Assembly: GCA_942492995.1 (NCBI GenBank)
Contig: OW818653.1
Location: forward strand, 870,001-902,000
Length of the DNA stretch: 32,000 nt
From: an uncultured Erysipelotrichaceae bacterium
Lineage (GTDB): Bacteria > Bacillota_I > Bacilli_A > Erysipelotrichales > Erysipelotrichaceae
Reading direction: 5' to 3'
In this document: piece after piece, positions 26,972-32,000 of the stretch
How positions within the stretch are numbered: position 1 is the first letter of the stretch
How the letters are laid out: the number at the start of each line of letters is the position of its first letter
Translations under genes and position numbers: made by a program
Notes under the pieces: model-generated
What the model was told of the DNA's origin: nothing
The model's database searches: none
The model's input: the letters and a program-made list of their open reading frames with translations, nothing else

Positions 26972-26992
26972 AAAAAAGGATGCGACGCATCC
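26972..26992 (-). terminator. Intrinsic terminator/attenuator between the KH-domain gene and rimM
   Basis: The minus strand reads TA-GGATGC-GTC-GCATCC-TTTTTT. The hairpin begins in the stop codon. Confidence 0.55.
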
Positions 26993-27237
26993 TAGTAAGA
27001 TTCAAATTTAATGGAAATGCGCTTATTTTGAAGACGTGTCGCAATCGCCATCACATTACGTAATGCGGTAGCCATACTTCCTTGACGTCCAATTAAACGA
27101 GCCACATCTTCACTCTTAGCGTAAACATAAAGTAATATTTCATTCTCATCCAAGCTTGCCATTTCTTTGACACTCAAACTGGTTTTGTCTGCCACTAAAG
27201 GTTGAACCAACTCCAATAATGCTTGTTCAAGATTCAT
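26992..27237 (-). CDS. KH-domain RNA-binding protein (YlqC/UPF0109 family)
   Basis: 81 aa with the GRQG motif (ARLIGRQGSMATALR); conserved position between rpsP and rimM. Confidence 0.88.
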   Translation of the reverse strand: MNLEQALLELVQPLVADKTSLSVKEMASLDENEILLYVYAKSEDVARLIGRQGSMATALRNVMAIATRLQNKRISIKFESY

Positions 27238-27243
27238 ATTGAT

Positions 27244-27516
27244 TTACTTCGCGTTCTTTAAATCGTGGAATGCTTTTAAAACACCCGCAGTTGATAACAA
27301 GTTACGAACTGTATCGGAAGGTTGTGCACCATCAGCTAACCATTTAAGTGCTAATTCGCTGTCAACTTTAACTTCTGCTGGAGTTGTTGCTGGGTTATAA
27401 TAACCAATTGCTTCAATAAAACGTCCGTCTCTTGGTGAACGTGAGTCTGCTACTACAATACGGTAAAATGGATTTTGTTTTGCACCCATTCTCTTTAAAC
27501 GAATTTTTACTGCCAT
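27244..27516 (-). CDS. rpsP: 30S ribosomal protein S16
   Basis: [35 protein letters not shown]. Confidence 0.97.
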   Translation of the reverse strand: MAVKIRLKRMGAKQNPFYRIVVADSRSPRDGRFIEAIGYYNPATTPAEVKVDSELALKWLADGAQPSDTVRNLLSTAGVLKAFHDLKNAK

Positions 27517-27544
27517 AATGTCCTCCTATTGTTTTTACTTGTTT

Positions 27545-27572
27545 AGTATATCGTATATAAATTATCTGTCAA
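27545..27572 (-). promoter_or_regulatory. Putative sigma-A promoter of the rpsP operon
   Basis: On the minus strand: TTGACA (27572-27567), 16 bp, TATACT (27550-27545), with TAGGAGG before the rpsP ATG. Confidence 0.55.
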
Positions 27573-27588
27573 GTCTTTTACCTTGACA

Positions 27589-28914
27589 CTATCGCATATT
27601 TGGATTATTTTTTGCTAATCGTTTTAATAAACGCATTTGATCTTTTGCTTTTTCATATTGATTAATCAATTTATTCACATCATTCAATGTCGTACCACTA
27701 CCCTTCGCTATACGATTCTTACGCGATGCACGTAAGAGTGACGCATCTTCACGCTCATCTGGAGTCATACTAAGAATAATTGCTTTATTCTTCTTAATCA
27801 TCGCATTGGATTCAGTATCATTCACTTGATTCGCTAATTGACTTGCGCCAGGAATCATTTTTAACATGTTCTGTAGAGAACCCATTTTAGATAGTTGATT
27901 AAATTGGTCTAACATATCATCAAAAGTAAATAAACCTTCCATGATACGATCCATACTTCTCTGTCCAGCTTCTACATCCATCTTTTCTTGTGCTTGTTCA
28001 ACGAGACTGAGTAAATCACCCATCCCAATTAAACGGTTTGCCATACGATCAGGATAGAAGATATCGGTATCATCTAACTTTTCACCGGTCCCAACTAATT
28101 TAACAGGAACACCCGTTAGTGCTTTAACTGAAAGTACAGCACCACCCTTCGCATCCGCATCAAACTTCGTCACAACAAGTCCAGTTAGTTTTAAGTTCTT
28201 ATTGAAACCATCTGCTGTATGTATTACATCTTGTCCTGTCATGGCGTCAACGGTTAATAAGACTTCATCTGGTTTTAAATAATCATGAACTTGCTTAAGT
28301 TCTAACATTAACGCTTCATCAATCGCTAAACGTCCTGCTGTATCAACGATGATGGTATCAAAGTCACCTTTATCCGCAAACTTCATCGCATTTTTAACGA
28401 GAGTTAACGAATTCTTTTGGTCTTTTTCAACATAGACAGAAACCTTTGCTTGTCCTGCTAGTATTTCTAATTGATCAATCGCTGCTGGTCGTGCTAAGTC
28501 TGCCGCAACCAATAATACTTTACGATCTTTCTTAGAACGTAAGAGTTGAGCTAATTTTGCGGCAGATGTTGTTTTACCTGTACCTTGTAGACCAACAAAG
28601 AGAATAACCTTACGTTGTCCTTTTTGATAATCAAAGCTTGGTGTTTCAGGACCTAATAATTCAACTAATTCATCATAGACAAGTTTCATTAATGCTTCAT
28701 TCGGTTTAAGTGAAGTTAATATCTTTTGATTAAGAGCGGTTGTTTGAATCTTTTCTAAGAATTGATTCACAACTTGTGTATTCACATCCGCATCTAATAA
28801 AGCGAATCTTACATCGCTTAAAAGCGTATCTAGATGTTTCTCTGAGATACGATCTTGTTTCGTAATGCGTCTAAAACTTTCCGTTAGTTTTTCGGTTAAA
28901 CGATCAAATGCCAT
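27589..28914 (-). CDS. ffh: Signal recognition particle protein Ffh
   Basis: GLQGTGKTT, DTAGR, TKFD GTPase motifs and a Met-rich M domain (SKMGSLQNMLKMIPG). Confidence 0.97.
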   Translation of the reverse strand: MAFDRLTEKLTESFRRITKQDRISEKHLDTLLSDVRFALLDADVNTQVVNQFLEKIQTTALNQKILTSLKPNEALMKLVYDELVELLGPETPSFDYQKGQRKVILFVGLQGTGKTTSAAKLAQLLRSKKDRKVLLVAADLARPAAIDQLEILAGQAKVSVYVEKDQKNSLTLVKNAMKFADKGDFDTIIVDTAGRLAIDEALMLELKQVHDYLKPDEVLLTVDAMTGQDVIHTADGFNKNLKLTGLVVTKFDADAKGGAVLSVKALTGVPVKLVGTGEKLDDTDIFYPDRMANRLIGMGDLLSLVEQAQEKMDVEAGQRSMDRIMEGLFTFDDMLDQFNQLSKMGSLQNMLKMIPGASQLANQVNDTESNAMIKKNKAIILSMTPDEREDASLLRASRKNRIAKGSGTTLNDVNKLINQYEKAKDQMRLLKRLAKNNPNMR

Positions 28915-28922
28915 AATGCCTC

Positions 28923-30110
28923 CTATAGATAACTTTCTTGTTGGTAACGGATTTCAACTGTTTCAACATGGTTAAGTGCTTCTTCAATTAGTTGATCCAT
29001 TTCGCATTTCGCTTCTTCTAATAATACAATTTTTAATTTTGGTTTGGTAATTGGATTGGTTACACTAAATATGGTGCAACAATCTTCAAATGGTAAGATC
29101 GATGTTTCATAGGTATTTATCTTCTTTGACACATCAATAATTTCATTCTTATCGAAGGTTAACAAAGGTCTTAAGATTAAACTATCGACCGCATCTTGAA
29201 TACATCCCATACTCTGTAGGGTTTGACTTGCGACTTGACCTAAACTTTCGCCACTTACAATCGCTAACATCTTATTATCATGCATAATCTTTTCAGCCAT
29301 TTTAACCATCTGACGACGCATTAAAATAACCGTATATGCTGGATGTGCTTTCTTATAAATCTCGAGTTGTATCTCTGTAAATGGAACAATATGTAGTTTA
29401 ATACGAGGTTGGTATTCACATAGATGTTCAACTAAGCGTTTTACTTTATCCAATGCTTGAATGGTTGTGTAAGGTGGAGCCGCAAAGTGAATACATTCAA
29501 TCTCTACGCCACGTTTCATTGTATAATAACCCGCAACCGGAGAATCAATACCACCTGATAGAAGTAATAGAGCTTTACCCCCTACTCCGATAGGAAAGCC
29601 TTGTGCACCGAGAATTGTTTTAACCGCAATACTCGTCTTTTCTGCATCGATATCAATACGTATTTTAATATCTGGATGATGAACATCAACTTTATGGTCT
29701 GTTTGACTAAGGATTGTTTTCGCAACACTTAGATTGACATCATTAGATGAAAAGTTTAATGTCTTATCTTTTCGATTGGTCACTACTTTAAACGTCCCAA
29801 CTTTTTCATTCTGCATCAGTACTAAACACGCTTCAGATATCTTTTCAAAATCAGTATCTGTCACAATTACAGGACTTAGTGAACGTATGCCAAAAACGCG
29901 ACTAGCACGTTCTAACACTTCGTTTTCATTCTCTCCATTCAATTCAATCATAATACGATCAAATTGATTACGATAACGTAATTCAGGGTAATTGGCTAAT
30001 TGATACTTTAGATTCTGTATCAATTGTCTTACGAATAAATTACGGTTTTTACCTTTATTGGATAATTCCCCAAATCGTACTAATATACGATCTGTTTTAA
30101 TCTCTGCCAT
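28923..30110 (-). CDS. thiI: tRNA 4-thiouridine synthase ThiI
   Basis: Ferredoxin-like and THUMP N-terminal half, with the PP-loop LLLSGGIDSPVAG. Confidence 0.92.
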   Translation of the reverse strand: MAEIKTDRILVRFGELSNKGKNRNLFVRQLIQNLKYQLANYPELRYRNQFDRIMIELNGENENEVLERASRVFGIRSLSPVIVTDTDFEKISEACLVLMQNEKVGTFKVVTNRKDKTLNFSSNDVNLSVAKTILSQTDHKVDVHHPDIKIRIDIDAEKTSIAVKTILGAQGFPIGVGGKALLLLSGGIDSPVAGYYTMKRGVEIECIHFAAPPYTTIQALDKVKRLVEHLCEYQPRIKLHIVPFTEIQLEIYKKAHPAYTVILMRRQMVKMAEKIMHDNKMLAIVSGESLGQVASQTLQSMGCIQDAVDSLILRPLLTFDKNEIIDVSKKINTYETSILPFEDCCTIFSVTNPITKPKLKIVLLEEAKCEMDQLIEEALNHVETVEIRYQQESYL

Positions 30111-31251
30111 GGATTCGTATCCCTTCTTTTAACACTGAAATAAGCTTATGGGCTTGTTCCATGGTGTTAGTATAACCGATACTGATTCTTAATACACCAT
30201 TTAAGCGATTACCATCAATTCCCATAGCGGATAAAACATGGGATGGATGTATATCACGATTAAGGCATGTTGCCATTGCGGAGACATAGATTTTGTGTTG
30301 ATTCAACCAACTTAACATTACTTGCGAAGGAACTGTTAAACATGAAATATTAAGGATATAGTTTGAACATAAATCACTTGGACTGTTAATTACAACATTC
30401 TCCATTTGACTTATCTCACTTACTAAGTAAGCTTTAATTTCTTTAACGATATGTTCGTTATTTACATGATTCTCAAACGCTAAACGCATTGTTTTAGCCA
30501 ATAAGATATGATTAATCGCATTGGGAGTTCCAGGACGTAAACCATGTTCCTGTTGACCACCTGTAATAATAGGATGACATTCGACATGATTCTTTTTGTA
30601 TAATAATCCACTTCCCTTTACGCCATTTATTTTATGCGCTGAGAAACTAGCACAATCAATATAACTTAAATCTAAATCTATCTTTGTAAGGGCTTGAACA
30701 GCGTCCACATGGAAAATCGCATTTGAATTTTCATGCACAATTTTCGCACATTCTTTAATTGGCATAATCGTTCCAATTTCATTATTTACAGCCATAATAC
30801 TAACAAGTGTTGTATCAGGACGTAATGCCTTCTTTAAATCTTCTGGATTGATTCTTCCTTCACTGTTTACAGGTAAGAATGTAACATCAAACCCAAAAAA
30901 AGATTCAAGGTCTAGAAATGAATCTAGAAGACTTGAATGTTCAACCGATGTAGTGATAAGATGCTTACCCTTTTTTTGGTACGCAAAAGCAATCCCTTTA
31001 ACTAAGATATTATTTGATTCTGTAGCGCCTGAGGTAAAATATAAATCATTGGAATTTACACTTAACATTGTCGCAATCGCCTCACGACTCTTACGCATCA
31101 TGGTTTGTATGGTTAAACCAGCCTCATGAAGTGATTCACTATTCGCATAATGAATTGGACTTAATTCAGTTAAACTTTTTAATACTTCTGGATGGACCGG
31201 TGTAGAACTAGCGTGGTCAAAATAAATCGAATCAGTGTGCACTTTTTGCAT
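30097..31251 (-). CDS. iscS: Cysteine desulfurase (NifS/NifZ/IscS class V aminotransferase)
   Basis: IYFDHASSTP, FTSGATESNN, SFSAHKINGVKGSG (PLP Lys), adjacent to thiI as for B. subtilis nifZ. GTG 31242 has better spacing to AAGGAG than ATG 31251, so the true start may be 31242. Confidence 0.9.
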   Translation of the reverse strand: MQKVHTDSIYFDHASSTPVHPEVLKSLTELSPIHYANSESLHEAGLTIQTMMRKSREAIATMLSVNSNDLYFTSGATESNNILVKGIAFAYQKKGKHLITTSVEHSSLLDSFLDLESFFGFDVTFLPVNSEGRINPEDLKKALRPDTTLVSIMAVNNEIGTIMPIKECAKIVHENSNAIFHVDAVQALTKIDLDLSYIDCASFSAHKINGVKGSGLLYKKNHVECHPIITGGQQEHGLRPGTPNAINHILLAKTMRLAFENHVNNEHIVKEIKAYLVSEISQMENVVINSPSDLCSNYILNISCLTVPSQVMLSWLNQHKIYVSAMATCLNRDIHPSHVLSAMGIDGNRLNGVLRISIGYTNTMEQAHKLISVLKEGIRIHGRD

Positions 31252-32000
31252 TCTCCTTAATTAATCCTTCAAAATGTTTCGGTTGAACCGCTTCAATAGC
31301 CGCAATCGCAACTTTTATTCCTTGGGTATAATCCCCATTGCGATAAAGTAATTCAGCCCGTGTAAGTTGTGTATCAAGCTCTGAATCTAAACTACGATAC
31401 TTATTCCCATATACAATCGCATTCTCAATCATTTCTACTGTCCCAACAAGATTATTCACATTGTTATAGAGTTTATAGATATGATCAATCGCATCATTAA
31501 CGGTCGCATTTAAGAGTTGTATATCAATGGTGGATTCATCCAACAACTTCGCAATACTATTAACATATTGATAGGATTTACGCAAATCACCTTCATATGT
31601 TTCAGAGATAACAGGTAATCTAAACTTACGAATCTTAACTTGAATTTCATTCATAATTAAGTGTAATTTAAGGAGTTGTTTCTTCGCACGTTCTTCATCA
31701 TTACGCGCTGCCGATAAACGTTCTGCCGCATGATTTAAATCGTTCTTCGTATTATGAATCAATTGAATGGATTCTTTAAGATTCATCATTAATGTACTCG
31801 CCGGCAAACTATTATCCTCTGACATTTTGACATGTTGTTTATAATTAATTTCTAATTGTTTAAGTGACTTCGCTTTATCACTTAATAATTCAGTTAAGTC
31901 TTCCCATCCAAAGCGACCTGCATCTTTCTTTAGGTGTTCAACTAAATTACTATGTAATTCACGAATCTCATTAATATTTATACCAACTGAATCAAGAGTT
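31232..32000 (-). CDS. ezrA: Septation ring formation regulator EzrA, C-terminal part (5' end beyond the window)
   Basis: The frame stays open from 31825 to the window edge (I translated 31826-31960 by hand). The sequence is coiled-coil-like, VYGNKYRS resembles the EzrA QNR patch, and ezrA-nifZ-thiI neighbourhood is known from Bacillus. Confidence 0.6.
   Translation of the reverse strand, partial: TLDSVGININEIRELHSNLVEHLKKDAGRFGWEDLTELLSDKAKSLKQLEINYKQHVKMSEDNSLPASTLMMNLKESIQLIHNTKNDLNHAAERLSAARNDEERAKKQLLKLHLIMNEIQVKIRKFRLPVISETYEGDLRKSYQYVNSIAKLLDESTIDIQLLNATVNDAIDHIYKLYNNVNNLVGTVEMIENAIVYGNKYRSLDSELDTQLTRAELLYRNGDYTQGIKVAIAAIEAVQPKHFEGLIKENAKSAH

Noticed and set aside
11875-31129. Other short ORFs nested in core genes: 11875-12084, 14909-15166, 15833-16036, 16654-17034, 17044-17244, 19421-19714, 23701-23919, 24287-24508, 25182-25382, 29734-29967, 30848-31129, and also 3650-3850
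   Set aside because: Each is embedded in, or out of frame with, a strongly conserved housekeeping CDS. None has a credible RBS or a recognisable motif.
1-32000. Mollicutes-type genetic code (TGA = Trp), considered because of low GC and the compact ribosomal-protein synteny
   Set aside because: Several conserved genes end at full length on TGA (polymerase at 2024-2026, dxr, rimM, trmD), and Trp positions use TGG. The standard bacterial code fits.
1-32000. Search for CRISPR arrays, tRNA/rRNA genes, IS elements, integrases, toxin-antitoxin pairs or defence-system hallmarks
   Set aside because: No direct-repeat/spacer periodicity, no cloverleaf-like or rRNA-like segments, and no transposase, integrase or nuclease/ATPase defence-type ORFs were seen on either strand. 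The only recombinase is the chromosomal XerC.

Overview
AT-rich, standard-code (TGA is a stop) Bacillota-type window with two parts. Positions 9178-32000 are a 23 kb minus-strand array of 25 tightly packed genes, many overlapping by 1-20 nt. All are housekeeping genes except the first, a PASTA-repeat gene: PASTA-repeat gene, rseP, dxr, cdsA, uppS, frr, pyrH, tsf, rpsB, xerC, trmFO, topA, dprA, rnhB, rbgA, lepB, rplS, trmD, rimM, KH-domain gene, rpsP, ffh, thiI, iscS, ezrA (5' end off-window). The order matches condensed Bacillus subtilis blocks, with the fla/che, clpQY-codY, sucCD, ylxM and proS-polC segments absent. Positions 1-9148 are accessory. They hold (i) a LexA-independent SOS mutagenesis cassette: an XRE-HTH/S24-peptidase repressor divergent from a Y-family polymerase, a 78-aa orphan and an SRAP protein, controlled by two perfect 19-bp palindromes inside overlapping divergent promoters. 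They also hold (ii) a small membrane protein, (iii) a Cys-less MerR regulator with an aldo-keto reductase, and (iv) a plus-strand cluster driven from a MerR-type promoter: a 161-aa orphan, a membrane-anchored beta-rich protein and an 873-aa secreted GH73 glucosaminidase with unrecognised flanking domains. That cluster converges on a kinase-less membrane protein built of about 9 PASTA repeats, which sits at the 3' end of the rseP operon. I found no rRNA, tRNA, CRISPR, transposase or integrase. The best candidates for something undescribed are the envelope locus (orphan, anchor, GH73, 9xPASTA) and the 78-aa partner in the SOS cassette. Both are inferences from sequence reading only; no searches were run.
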